This document shows positions 40,270 to 53,619 of a stretch of DNA of 64,000 bases, in pieces. The stretch comes from Felis catus (taxonomy: Eukaryota). The position numbers and the translations under genes are program-made. The stretch is from contig NC_058368.1 in NCBI RefSeq assembly GCF_018350175.1, positions 85,252,001 through 85,316,000 of the forward strand, written 5' to 3'. The notes under the pieces were generated by a model. That model was not told the DNA's origin. It was given only the letters and a program-made list of their open reading frames with translations, and made no database searches. How positions within the stretch are numbered: position 1 is the first letter of the stretch; the number at the start of each line of letters is the position of its first letter.

Positions 40270-41924
40270 ACTCTCTTGTCTTTTAGATGACATGATAAAA
40301 ATAAAGTAAAATTGCTCATATTTGCTAACTTGTTAACCATTTGGTGACTTTTGCTCAAATAAATTAATACAAGTTTCCATTTGGAGTAATTTTCCATCAG
40401 CCTGAAGATATCTTTTAACATTTTCTGTCATCTACACGGGCTGGTGACACATTATTTCTGCTTTGTTTTATTTTAATAAGGAAGGTCCTTACTTTATTAT
40501 CATTTTTAAGGATATGGATGTTTGAATTCCAGAGGTTTTTTAATTATTATTTGTTTTTATTTTTTTAGCCCCTCAACATGTCTTTCTGTTGTCAATTGCT
40601 TACCAATTTTTCATGAAAACTCAGAGATGACTTTTAGCCATTTCTCTACATATTAAATGTGACTTTATTTCCTGTGGTTACTTGCAAATTTTATCTTTAG
40701 TGCAGGTTTACAGCAGTTTGACTAGTGTGTGCCTAGATGTTGTTAACTTGATAATGATTTTGGTGAGATTTGGTACCCTTATTTTTCTTTTTGTGGAAAT
40801 ATGTCAGCTTAAATATCTGAATTGGGAATTAAATCAATCACTATTTTTTTTTATATTTTTTCCTCACAAATCACCTGTTTCCACTGTGGGGATATAAATA
40901 TACATAGATTAAAGAATGTCATATTGTGACGAGGCTCCCTTTGGTGCTACTCATCTTTTTCTCATTGTTTTCCCTCTATTCCTCAGTTTAGATAATTCAT
41001 ATGAATTGCCTTCATGTTCAATTTCCCATTTTTCTGCTATCTCTAGCCAGCAGTTTAGAAGTATGGAAAACTTCCTGTATCTTGTATAACCACCATTTTT
41101 CCTAAAGAAGAATTTCTAATATTACCGTTCACCAAATTATTACTTCCTAGCTTGTGCAAAAATGGTATCTTAATTGTCCTTAACAAATCCATATTGCTAA
41201 ATTTCTCCTTCTATATTTTTGCTCTTTAATTATCCTATATTGTTATAGTGCCTCTGTCACTTTAAATGTATTAGATTTTCATGTGTATCAGTATACTAAA
41301 TTGCAAAACACATGTACTTGAAGAAACTGTGGGAAAAATATATATATCTTTGGAAGGTTTTCATATAAATAGTAATGTCATAAATAAAATTGAACTGACA
41401 TGAAATATAAAGCAAATTAATAATGCATATGTTATTCCAAAGTATGATAGAGTTTATGCCCCTACTAAAACATTTCAAATTCTATTTCAAGGTGTAATTC
41501 TTGTGTGTGTGTGTGTGTGAGTTCAACTTGTTGGATTGTAGACAAAGTTTTTAGAGCAGTCTTATACCTAATGCAAACACACACACACACACATATTAAT
41601 TACACTTTAATTTATTATGATGATTTAAAATAATATATACATTTCCAACCAACTGATATCTGAAACTGAGTTTTTAGTAAATACTATACTATTACTTCTA
41701 TTACTAAACACATCATCATCTATTAGCACTTATAAATGAAAATATTAATTATTGTAACAAAATCTTCAAAATCTAACATACACATGAAACCTGTATATTT
41801 GGTTATCAAGTTAAAATACTTTCATAGCACACATTATTTGTTAATTTACGTACATCATGGGGCTTTGCTGGAATCATGGATGAAGCTGAGGATCCCAGAA
41901 TTAAAATGACTCTCACAGATCGTG

Positions 41925-42881
41925 TCACTTGGACCTCATCCCCTTGAGGAAGTTCCAGCCCTTGGCCAAGCTGTCCTTCAGAACATCTTTCATGGTTTCA
42001 TTCCGTAGACCGAAGATGAAGGGATTCAGGAGGGGTGTGAGAACACTAGAGAGGATAAAGAGGATCTTGTTGAGATGTAAGCTGCTCTTCTGGGAGAGGT
42101 GGACATACACAAAAATGGAGATCCCATAGCCCATGGAGACCACAATGAAGTGAGAGGCACACGTAGCAAAGGCTTTGCGTTGACCTTGACCTGAGGGTAT
42201 CTTCAGAATGGTGGAGATGACATAAACATAGGAGACCACAGTGAGTGAGAGGGAGCTGATGAGCAGGACAAGGGAGCTGAGGAAGTCTAACAGCTCAATG
42301 ATGTGGATGTCAGCACAGGCCAAGTGGAGGAGGGGGGCACTGTCACAGAAAAAGTGATCAATCACATTGGGGCCACAGTATGGCAGCCCCACCTTAAGGA
42401 CAGTGGACGGGAGAATGAGGAGAAAACCACCCACCCAAGAGAGGATAACAAGACGCACACACAGTGAGCTGGTCATAATTGCTGGGTACTGAAGAGGGCT
42501 GCAAATGGCCACATAACGATCATAGGACATAACTGCAAAAAGGATAAACTCAGTACATCCAGAGAGGAAGTAGAAATAAGACTGGGTGAAGCATCCACCA
42601 AAGGATATGCTCTTTCTGTCTGACAGGAAGCCTGCCAGCATCTTGGGAACAGCACAGGTTGTGGTTAATACTTCACTGAAGGAGAGATTGCTGAGGAAGA
42701 AATACATGGGTGAGTGAAGCCTATAATCCATGAGAATCAGCATAATGATTAGGCTGTTTCCAAGGACTGTCACCAAGTAAGCCAATGAAAAAATAAAGAA
42801 CAGGAGACCCCCAAGAGCTCTGGTGGTTGGTATCCCCACAAGAATAATCTCAGTCACCAATGTCCAATTCCTTCTTTCCAT
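41925..42881 (-). CDS. Olfactory receptor, class II, family 6-like (intact, single coding exon, 318 aa)
   Basis: Uninterrupted ORF with OR hallmarks: N-glycosylation site NWT, LHSPMYFFLSNLS, MSYDRYVAICSPLQY, HFFCDSAPLL, KAFATCASH, PLLNPFIFGLRN. A splice acceptor (ctctctttacag, minus strand) ends at 42900, 18 nt before the ATG. Confidence 0.97.
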   Translation of the reverse strand: MERRNWTLVTEIILVGIPTTRALGGLLFFIFSLAYLVTVLGNSLIIMLILMDYRLHSPMYFFLSNLSFSEVLTTTCAVPKMLAGFLSDRKSISFGGCFTQSYFYFLSGCTEFILFAVMSYDRYVAICSPLQYPAIMTSSLCVRLVILSWVGGFLLILPSTVLKVGLPYCGPNVIDHFFCDSAPLLHLACADIHIIELLDFLSSLVLLISSLSLTVVSYVYVISTILKIPSGQGQRKAFATCASHFIVVSMGYGISIFVYVHLSQKSSLHLNKILFILSSVLTPLLNPFIFGLRNETMKDVLKDSLAKGWNFLKGMRSK

Positions 42882-44558
42882 ATTTATGTCTCTTTTTTAC
42901 TGTAAAGAGAGTTATAGCATAGGAAAAAGAATGGTGAATCATTCATCAAATTAAGAAATCAAGGAGAAATTTAAAATAAAATTTTAGCTACTTTTTCTAG
43001 CAAAATTGAGAAAGACAATTGATATTATGATTGGGTACACCATATCCTACAAAAATACAGCTGAAGAGCTATGAAAATCAATTTTGATAACTCCATCTTT
43101 CCTTTCTATATTCTGTAACACTTGGGTGGGGTGTGCTAAATATATAATTACAACTATATATTTTATCAATAAGAACTTTGTCCAGTAAGTGTTCTGATAA
43201 AATACACAAATGAAAGATTAGTTGGTACCTGTAAATATAGAAGCAATTTACTTCCAGTGTTTGTCTCATGAAGACTGGGCTGTCCCAATGTTACAAGGGC
43301 ACATAGAGAGTACAGACTCCAGCTTCAAGCCAATGGTGCATCTAGGGTTCAAGAGCCACGTGGATAGTGGGCACATCTTGCAGGCACATTTTCTCACCTG
43401 AGATTCTAGTGCTCCAATGGCCAGTAAAGGCAGAAAAATAAAAATTAATTAGCTTATCCTCCTTTGTATATTTAAAATTACTTTTTAAAGGTTTTATTTA
43501 AATCCCAGTTATCTCTATAGATTTCAACTTGTCCTTCTTTTCTAACATTTATTTTTCATTGCATTGTATTGTATTCCATTGAAGTTAACCTCTTCTTGAA
43601 ATTTTTACAGTGTAAAATATTACACAAATAATGTGTCAATATTTGCAAAAGTGTTGATAATTTTTCTATTATGCTTTTGGAATGTCATATTTGATGGGAC
43701 AGGGTGATGATTAAAAGTTTGTTTCTGAATAATTTTACAGAAAAGAGGGTTACAATGACTTGGCAGAAGTACAAAATAATCCTCTAGTTTGACAAATAAT
43801 CATATACAAAATAACCACGATAAAAAAACTATAGGGAGATTATATAACTTTGGCAGAAATCAAAGGCATCAATAGTGATTTTCTCCCCCCCCCAAAAAAA
43901 AATGGGGATAGAGATAAACATAATCTACTTTTGCAATAACAAACAAAAAACACTAAAATCCATTTTGAAAATAATAATCATAAATCTGCAGCAATAAGAA
44001 TTGTACCAATAAACAATATATTAAGTGGTACAGTTATACATATAGGACTGGAATGAAAAACTAATGCAATTTTCCAGAAATACACACAACATAAAATGAT
44101 TCAATACGTAAAAAATATAAGCATTGGTATAAATATTTTAGAAAACACGTGAAAAATTGAAATGTGAGTTGTAATACTCATGGTATAAAAACTGTTATCA
44201 ATGCAAGGAATGCAAAATTAGACAAAAATCAGATCAAAATTTTATGAAACTATATGATATGAGAGATTACATCAAATTTATGGTAGGCAACTTTTAAAAA
44301 CACAAGCAAAAATAAAAATAACATGGTAGTAAGAAAAATTGACATAATATTTTTATGTTTCAGAAAAATTAAATAATGAATGGTATATGGGGATTATTAA
44401 AATAAGGTATTTAGAAATAAATGTTAAGAAATATCCATAATATTATGAATGGAATGACAAGTCAAATCCACTAATTGGAATTAATATTCCAAATTATTTA
44501 TACATAATATTCAGTTATAACCAAAATATAGGATTGGGTTTATTTCAAAAATGACCAG

Positions 44559-44768
44559 AGAGCGCCTGGGTGGCTCAGTCGGTTAAGCCTCCGTCTTCGG
44601 CTCAGATCCTGATCTGGCGGTTTGTGAGTCCGAGTCCCATGTCAGGCTCTGTGCTACCAGCTCAGAGCGTGGAGCCTGCTTCCCATTCTGTGTCTCCCTC
44701 TCTCTCTGCCCCTCCCCTGCTCATGCTCTGTCTCCCTCTGTCTCAAAAATAATTAAAACATTTTTAAA
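44559..44768 (+). mobile_element. Can-SINE
   Basis: gcgcctgggtggctcagtcggttaag. Confidence 0.92.
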
Positions 44769-45659
44769 AATGGCTAATATATTTAAAATATAATCTCTAA
44801 TTTTTATAGACTCTATTTTTAAGCAATTCAATAAATGATTTCACAGTATTAGGTACTATGCCATTATTTAGACAAGGCTAAACAATTCAAGGCAAATATC
44901 CCAAATATAGTTTGAATAACTAACTGTAAACATAGTTACATAGTTTAGTTCCCCAAAATAGTTTGAAGAACTATTTGATGAAATGTGCCTTGAAGCAAAC
45001 CTGGACATTGAATGTTTGGATTGAAGTTAAGATAAGAAAAGGCGAAAAGTAGATATTACAGAAGTGGAGAAATTTTTGACATCCCAAAGAAAGATGTGTG
45101 AGAGCATGGAAGTTTATTTCTCATTAAAATGAAGCAATTCTGACTTTCTGAAAGCAAATGTCAGGTTTAGTTCTAATCATATAATATTCTAACTTCCCTA
45201 GCATCTCACTTTCACACAAATGTAAAACATTCGATGCAGTTGCATTTGATCTTCTTACTAGAAATGTTTTTACACAGGGAATACCTTTGTTAAGTCCCTC
45301 ATCTTCTTTCCAAACACAGTAAACCTCTTCCTCTATTACCCCATAGTGTTGTCTCACAAGAAGTGCCCCCTGTCCAATAAAAATGACTTTGATGAAGAAA
45401 AAGCAGAAGAAATTCCCATCTTTGTACCACTGGCTTTCCTTTTGAAACTGAATTCTTGGGCCCAGGAAACACTGATTCCCATAAAAACTGTTCAGTCCCA
45501 ACTCCTTGTGATGACAAAATATCACAGGACAATTCCACAGCACCATGCATTCCAGATGCATAGTTTTGGAGGCTAACATAGTTTTAAAAGCAGCTCCTCA
45601 GCCTATGTGCCCACAGAGAGCTTGACTGGGTGGGGAGGAGTCATGTTTTCATTCTCTCT

Positions 45660-45790
45660 ATGTTTGTGAAACTTTTTAATGAGTCTACTCTTCTGAGACT
45701 CCCATGTACACAGAGAACTTTGTGTTCCCAGGAGAAGTTTTAAGACTAAAAGGATGATGTACTTCAAGTAAAACTAATTATTTTCTGTGA
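45660..45790 (-). promoter_or_regulatory. Putative OR promoter/enhancer core: homeodomain (Lhx2-type) plus O/E (Ebf) sites
   Basis: AACTTTTTAATGAGTCT at 45670-45686, O/E-like TCCCAGGAGA at 45726-45735, TAATTA near 45775. Repeat-free DNA about 2.8 kb upstream of the intact OR ATG. Confidence 0.65.
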
Positions 45791-46599
45791 AAACTTGGCT
45801 AAAATGTTTTAGGTAATTCTTTTTTTAATCTATAAGTATTCTGTCCTATGATATCAGGAGCATATGTACTCCATTATTTGTTTTTATTACTTTTCAGTTG
45901 ATGACTCTGATTAAAGTGCAAACATGATTTCACCATAATGTGCTTGTCTAATAAGTATGAAAGATTTATTCACCAAACATAATCTAATTACTTGACCTGA
46001 AGCCTACAAGCGGGATGGTAAATATTGATGAAGAAGTTGTTCACTAAAAAAGGATCCCTGGGTAGGGGCAAGATCTATTGGACATGCAAAGTAAGTTTGT
46101 GTGGATGATGATAAGGGTCTCAATTTTTCTGATCATTTTATTATCATTTTTCCCCAAAGAACAAACATTTTTCATTTGTTTATGTTCCTGTATGTACTTG
46201 TGGTAGTACTACATGTGTGTATATTTTAAAAAATTTATTTATAATTATTGCTGAATATATATTGTTTTCCTGTCCTGGCAGGAATTATTTTATGTGAGCA
46301 AAAATAATATTCTCTTCTACACTGTTGGATTCACAAATGTAATTTCTTCTCCCATAAATGAGTGTCTGCACCTTTCTCATTTAGATATAATGAGATATAA
46401 TGGAATTGATGTTTTAATGCCTAATATGGATGTCCAGCTAGCTGTGTTCCCTCTGAAAGCATTATAATTACTTTTCTTTCCTCCTAGGGTCCTCTGAATA
46501 TTATATATATTAATATACACACACTGTGTAGTAACTACACAGTGTAGAAATATACTACATTCTAAGTATATTTATGCTTTTCTCAAACTTTTAGTGAAA

Positions 46600-46715
46600 T
46601 TATTCAGAATAAATATTTCATTCACCTTGGATATTTTAATCTTAATATAGTGGCATATAGGAACTGGTTGAAAGTATTTTATGAGTGTTTGAATGAATGA
46701 ATGAATGAATGACTA
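46600..46715 (+). mobile_element. L2 3' end
   Basis: atagtggcatatagga...tgtttgaatgaatgaatgaatgaatga terminal (GAAT)n. Confidence 0.5.
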
Positions 46716-48529
46716 TGGGAAATTGACAGTATTGTCTGTTATTCATGAAGAGTGGCAAAATCTGTAAGATTTCATTACGTTTCAAAAAAAGGATTGTAAA
46801 TGCAACCTTCACACTATGGACTGAAGTCTAATGAAGGTCTTATCCAAAAAGAATAGAGAATTTGGAGGCTAGGAACTTATTGAAGGTAAATAAGAAAGTG
46901 GCTTCATATAATTTATGATAAAATTATACCATGAAAAGATATTATGGCCTTACAATTCATTCCCAGTGAACAATATCTGACAGAATAAATCACATAATAT
47001 ACAGGAATCCTTGAATTATACATAAGCAAAACTACTATGAGAAAACATTGTATTTTATAGCTTCTTTTGAGGCAGAAGAGAATAGTTGTGCCTTTCTCTA
47101 TTTCAATTCCTTTCCTCTGTGAAAACCAAAATATTTTTCATTTTTGGAAGTTATATTTCAAAGTTGTGAATTATGACGTTTCTCCTAGTTTAGGGCTCCA
47201 TAGGACCAAACAGATCTTCCTGACTTTTTTCCATATCTTCCTCTTCTTCAAGGTATAACTTAATATGATCTCCTTGAAAGGGATTTTGGTGCTACTCCAC
47301 TGCCCACCAACCCATTTCACCTCCACAGCTGTGATTTCAGAAACCCACCATGTGACCATTAAGCTGGGCTGTCATACAAGTTTTAGGTTTTTTGTGTGCT
47401 ACTTTTATCTGTCTAGAGTATTATGCATTTAAGGAAAGGAACCATACCCAGAATTCACTACTGTTATGTTCAATATCTAGCATGGTGATCAATAATTACT
47501 ATAATGATTTCTATTATGAATTCTCACACTATTTCCATAGACCTCATAAGATCAGAAAGTAATGAATCTCCTCAAATAGTTAATTTAAAAAAGAGTTATG
47601 AAATATAAATTTGGAGAAAGATAATTTATCCATAACTTGAAAATATAAATACATATTATGATAATTTTAATCAACATTTTATATATGTAACATAATTTTA
47701 GCAATAATAATCATATACACTTTTATTATCTGCTTTTCTCCATGACACTACTTTATAAACTATACCCTATATGTCTATTCCATATTTTAAATTTATTTAT
47801 TTGTCTATAGGTAACTTACACAGATGGTATTATCCATCACAGTTGCCAATATGTTTTACATGTAAGGAAAAAATATTATAAACATAGAGGAGGCTCTTTG
47901 AAAGAACAATGGGGCAGTAGACATGAAAGGGAATAAAATGATTTTTGAGATAAAAATGTTATGGTAGAACAATGTCACAGCATTTTAAGAACATGATGAC
48001 AAGTATGAGCATTTAACATGTGAAGATATTAAAAGAATAAATTCAGGAAGAAGAAAAGATAATAATAAGGCACATGTGGTGAAAATATATTGAGAACACC
48101 AGACAGCTTATAATGTAATTTAGCTTGATGTAAAAAAAATATGTATATAAAAGCTTAACTAACATTTATTTATTATGTAACAAAATAAAAAAAATTAATG
48201 GAAACACAATTTTATATGAATAAATTCTGTTCAATTATTTTGTATGTGACCAAAATCAGAAATAGTCATAAAATATATTTGTGTATCATCATCTTATTAT
48301 GAAGTACATTACACTTATATAAAAGATATTGTAACTTCATTTGTCAGACTCAGAAATTCTTGGGTTCTGCCTGTTGTCCCAGCAAATTATTAATATTATT
48401 TGACATCACCATCACTGTGTCCCACTTTAGACAATAAAGTATATGGTTATTCTACCAACAGGACAACACATTTGGTAATTAATTTCTTAAACTGATTTGC
48501 TTCTGCCTTCCCTTCTTTTGCTGATGTTC

Positions 48530-49950
48530 AGCAACATGAAAAATTCAAGAGCAAGAGAGCAGAATAGGAAATATCAGCTTTTATCACCCTCCCAACACAT
48601 AAAAACAAAATTGGATTATAATAATAAATAAAAATAAAAGAAACAAACTAAAGTAGCCCTTGCAGGGCTTGAAAGTAAAATTAAGAGTCTACAGTAACAG
48701 AGTGGAGCACAATATGGAGAATCACCACACAGAGAGGACCACTCAGGAGACTAACAAAGTGAAGACATCTGGAAATGTGTGGAGAGGCTACACAGACACA
48801 GGGGGAGGCTACTAGTATCTGTCATGCAGCAGGTACCATTGCCATGTTGAGTGGCTTCCTCTGCTGAAGACCCTAACAGTCTGGGCTGTTGTGGACTCCA
48901 CCAGCCTCACAACAGCTACAGACTCCCCACAACTGTCACAGCATGGGGACCCTGCAGTGTTCATCATCACAGACCCGAGTTGACTGCTGTTGCAGAAGAC
49001 ACTGAAAGCTCTCACCACTGAGGTAAACAGCGGCCATTGCTGGGAGACGCAGCTCTGCTCCATCATCCCAGAAGGAATTGCTGTTGTTTTACCACGGGAC
49101 TAAGGTTGTGAAAATCCCTACCTGCCCTGTGGATCCCCTGAACCCTAGAGTCATAACTCATCCATGTATGCTTGAGCGCCAAACTATAGCTCTGTACACC
49201 TGCCCATGTACCCATCCTCCAGACTCCAGCTCCACAGCTATTCCTTATATGCCCATGTTCCAGGCAGTAGGACCAATGCCACTGCAAGCTAGCCAGTGCC
49301 CCAGACTCCAGAGCTGTTGTCACACTGTGAGAACCTATGCCACAGTCCCAGCTCTGTGGCTGCTCCACTGGCAGCTACCCATCAGACACTAGTGCAACCA
49401 CCACTGAGAGAGGTCTCAAATAAACCGCCTAATTTATGACTCAAAGAATAGAAAATGAGAACATTAAATCCAAGTTACTACAAGGAAGGAAATAACTGAG
49501 AGCAGTAAAGAAATCAAGTAAATGGAGACTAGAAAAACACTAGAAAAACTAAATTGACAAAAGTTTAGGTACACTAAAGAAAGTGAGAATATGCAAATAA
49601 ACAATATCAGAAATGAAAGAGGAGACATTAAAACCAATACTGCAGATATACAAAGTATGGATAGTTATATGCCAAGAAATTTGATAACCTATAAGAGTAA
49701 GATAAATTCGTAAAAATATAACCCACCAAGATGGAATCATGAGAACTCGGAAAGCTGAGCAAATAACTAGTAAAAGAGATTGAATCAGTAATCAAAAATC
49801 TCCTAACAACAAAAGCCCAAGAACAGATAGATTCACTAGTGAATTCTACCAAACAAGTCAAGAATAATTAACATCAATCCTTCTCCAACTCATCCAAGGT
49901 ATTGAAAAGTAAGGAATACTTCAAAATTCATTTTATTGGAGTATCATTAT
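48530..49950 (+). mobile_element. Old L1M 5'UTR joined to an ORF2 fragment
   Basis: GC-richer L1 5'UTR-like block (48780-49410), then agagattgaatcagtaatcaaaaatctc...gaattctaccaaaca ORF2 sequence. Confidence 0.6.
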
Positions 49951-49959
49951 CTCTGTAAA

Positions 49960-50905
49960 TAAGCAGCTCAGACTTTTGTTAAAGGTCAATCAACCAAAGA
50001 CCACCTAGTTGCCTATTCAAGTTGTACTTTTCAGAACTTGGGAAATAGCCCCAGGATGGTTTCAGAGACCCAATGAACTCACTGTGAGATAGCCATAAGC
50101 TAAAACTCAATTGAATATCTGACCTCCATAAACTCCTACTCTGACTGATGAACCACAGTGATGTTAATTTTCTTGGAATTAATGTCAATATCCATTAACT
50201 TCTACAAAATCTGATTGTTCCCCTTTCCTCAATGCACATTTACACTGATAAGTGGCATGGGTTCTTTTGGAGACAGTTGAGAAGGACATTTAACATTATA
50301 GTATGTTTTTACTGTAGTGGGATCTTGCCTCAAAGGAACATGAATTCCCCTTCATTCAAAGTGTCCTGGATTTCAAATCTGGGTTAAGTCTGGGATTTGA
50401 CTGATGATTATGATTTTCTGTTTTGGGATTTCAAGTTAGACTTCTGTTCACTTGACCCACATTGCTTTGACTTATTCAAACCAAATAAGGATTTAGTTAC
50501 TGCCCATCTAACACTTTTCATGAGTACACCATGATGAGCTAGTTAGTGCCCTACATCTCAGTGAATCATACTATTGTGATTGTTGTTTTGACTCCATTAT
50601 GCATTATGATAATCACACACATATTGACTGTAATTGATTATTACATACCTCCCAGCACCTGATCCCATTGTCCCCTTTGTATTTAGGGATACCAGTACAG
50701 TGGTAGCAGTTTCCGCTGTAATTTCTGATCTGCAGAAAAAAGGACTCCAGAATTTTCCAAAGATACTGGGGCTCTCCTCTCAAAGCAATTACTCACAGTC
50801 ATGGTGAAAAGTGTATCTACTAGACCTTCCTGCATCAGATGAGTTGGTCTCACATGACAAAGTCCATTCTAATATATTTATCTCCTTATTCTTTTGGATT
50901 GTTAC
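49960..50905 (-). mobile_element. ERVL internal (gag/pro) remnant
   Basis: Minus strand reads ..LEWTLSCETNSS..; RAPVSLE..; EITAETATT..; GTMGSGAGR, matching recalled ERVL gag motifs with frameshifts. Confidence 0.6.
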
Positions 50906-51099
50906 TCTAACAATTTTGCATTCCCACCAGCAATGAATGAGAATGGTGTCTGTTGTTCAACATTCTTACCAGCAATAAGTATTTATAGGGTTGGTATTTA
51001 TTTATTTATTTATTTAATACAGTTCTGGCATTTCAACATCATGTAATGTAGCACATCCTTGGGCCCTTGTTTCAGCCAACTAACCAAATCATCAGAATC

Positions 51100-51330
51100 C
51101 TTACAGGTTGCTTTAAGAATTTACTAAACACGTGGTGGCTTAAAACAACAGAAAATTATTCTTCACAGGCTGGAGATCAGAAGTCTGAAATCAAGGTGTC
51201 AGCAGGTTTAACTCATAATGGAGGCTCTGGGGAGAATCTGTTCCATGCCTCTCTCCTATCTTCTGATTGATATTAGTAATGCTAGGCATTCCGTGGTTTA
51301 TAGGTTATCACTCCAGTCTCTACATCTATA
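51100..51330 (-). mobile_element. MaLR LTR fragment (MLT1B/C-like)
   Basis: ggtggcttaaaacaacagaaa...gaagtctgaaatcaaggtgtcagcagg...ggctctggggagaatc. Confidence 0.75.
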
Positions 51331-51339
51331 TACAAAATT

Positions 51340-52980
51340 CACATGCAACTTTTTTTATAAACAAAAGTTTTCTAATCAGTTGAATAAATAACAAGGGACA
51401 TTATTGTCAGATAATATATGTTTAAGTTTAGCTTTGTTAGAAACTGTCAGATAACCCATCTTCAAAAGAGGGTTTACAGGGGTGACTGGGTGGCTCAGTT
51501 GGTTAAGTGTTGGGCCTCAGCTCAGGTCATGATCTCAGGGTTTGTGGGTTTGAGCCCTGCCTTGGGTTCTGTGCTGATAGCTCAGAGCCCGGAGACTGCT
51601 TCGAATTCTGTGCCTCCCTCTCTCTCTGTTCCTCCCCCACTCACACTCTCTCTTTCTCAGAAATAAACATTAAAAACAATTTTTAAAAAAAGAGACTATA
51701 CTACTTTGCATTCCCACCAGCAATGAATGAGAATGGTGTATGTTGCTCAGCATTCTTACCAGCAATAGGTATTTCTAGGGTTAGTATTTATTTTTTTTTC
51801 ATTTATTATCTTACTTATTCTAAAAGGGCTATAGGGAAATTGGTTTTAATGTTCATTTCCAGAATGACCATAGATGTGAAGCATCTTTTCTTAGGTTAAT
51901 TTTCCACCTCGACATATTCTTTTCCAAGAGGTACATAAATATTTTCCACATTTTCAAAACTGAGTTGTTTATTGGTGAATTTTAAGCTTCCTTTGTACAT
52001 TTGTATATAAGCTCCTTATCTGATACATGATTTGTAAATATTTTCTCCCAGTCATTGCCTTGGATTTTCACTCACTTAATAATACCTTTAGCAGGGCAAA
52101 GTTTTAATTTTAATAAAGTTCAACTTTCAATTTTTTCTTTCTTTTATCATGCTTTGAATGTTGTACCTAAAAAGTCATCGTTCCAACAAATGTCATTATA
52201 GATAATCTATGTTTTATTTCTAAAGTTTTATAATGTTGAATTTTATCTATCATCTATCTATTTTGCTCTTTGTAAAAGATGTAAGGTGAGTGTCTAGAAT
52301 TTTTTTGTATATAGATATTGAATTATTACAGCACAATTTGTTGAAGACACTGCCTTTCCTCCATTGCGTTCCCTTTAAGCCATTGTTGATAATTAGCTAA
52401 CTGTAATATATAGGTGTGTATTTCTGGGCTTCCTGTCCTGTTTTATTGATCTGTTTGATTTTTCTTTTACCAATACCATACAGTCATGATTACTGTAGAT
52501 TTATAATAAGTCTTGAAATCAGTTTGTTTAAATCTTCCTAGTTTGTTTTCATTTTCTAGCATTATCTTGGCTATTCTATGCACTTTGTGTCTTAGATAAA
52601 TTTTAGGATACATCTGTTAATACCTATGAAATTATACTTTGGGATTTTCGCTTGGATTGTGTTGAATATGTAGATCAAGTTGGGAAGAACTGACATCTTG
52701 ACAATATTGAATTTACCAACATGTAAACATAGAAAATATCCATGTGTATTTAGATTTTTTTTATTTATTCCATCAGTATTTTTGTAGTTTTTCACATATA
52801 GAACCTGTAAATATATTGTTGGATTTGTGTAGAAATATTTCATTTCGTTTGGTACCATTGTATATATACCTATATATTTTTAAATTCTAGCTGTCCATAG
52901 CTGGCGTATAGGACAGCAAATGAAGCTTGTGTACTGCTCTTGTACAACACAACCTTGATAATCTCTTAATAGCATCGGAG
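51340..52980 (-). mobile_element. Old L1 ORF2 3' half
   Basis: ORF 52592-52858 (FNIVKMSVLPNLIYIFNTI) is L1 ORF2. Confidence 0.8.
51479..51690 (+). mobile_element. Can-SINE
   Basis: ggggtgactgggtggctcagttggttaag. Confidence 0.9.
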
Positions 52981-53182
52981 TTCTGAGCTGATCTAAGAGT
53001 CAATAGATATAAAGTTGGTCAATTAAGGCCATGAACCAAAATGAAAGTAATAACCAAAAACTTTATTCATTTAATTAGGCAAGAGGCAAGAAAGAAGGTA
53101 CCAGCTGCCCCAGTGTTCCCTTTTTTCCCCATGGAATGACACTGGGTTAATGTCATATGGATCAGATTACAAGGAGGAATCA

Positions 53183-53619
53183 TGTCACTGCTGAGATACC
53201 CCCATGTTGGGGATCATGATCAAAAAGACATGACTGCCAATTGACCTGTAAGTTAGACCCAAGCACTTGCAGGCTCTCTGATCTTTGTCCTGCCCCTGGA
53301 ATGTGGGTTCTGCTTAATTTTCTGGTTCCCAGAAGCTGTTCCAAGGACATAGCCTTGAGATGTAATACGATATTGAAAACACCTACATGATATATATGTG
53401 ACTGCATCTAGTTAGGGCTTCTTTATAAGCTTTTAAAATTTGGAGAGTGGGAACAAGGATCCATTCATCTTGCTGACATCCAAGACAAGCCTCATATGTA
53501 AGTTCCCTCTGCTCTTATTGAAACTGTCAACTACCAAGCTGTAGTGGCCCGCCTCTTCCTTTGATTACACCAGGGAAGATTCCAAGACAGTTGTGAACCT
53601 ACTCAAAACCCCTTCAACA
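53183..53619 (+). mobile_element. Solo LTR nested in the ERV 3' end
   Basis: TG...CA termini, TATA-like tttataag at about 53422, LTR-like length. Confidence 0.5.

Noticed and set aside
41503..41592. (TG)n ... (CA)n inverted pair as a structured RNA hairpin
   Set aside because: Two short microsatellites; the complementarity is trivial and there is no other support.
45124..45579. 151-aa minus-strand ORF upstream of the intact OR
   Set aside because: Non-ATG start and no recognisable homology; more likely 5' non-coding exon or intron sequence.
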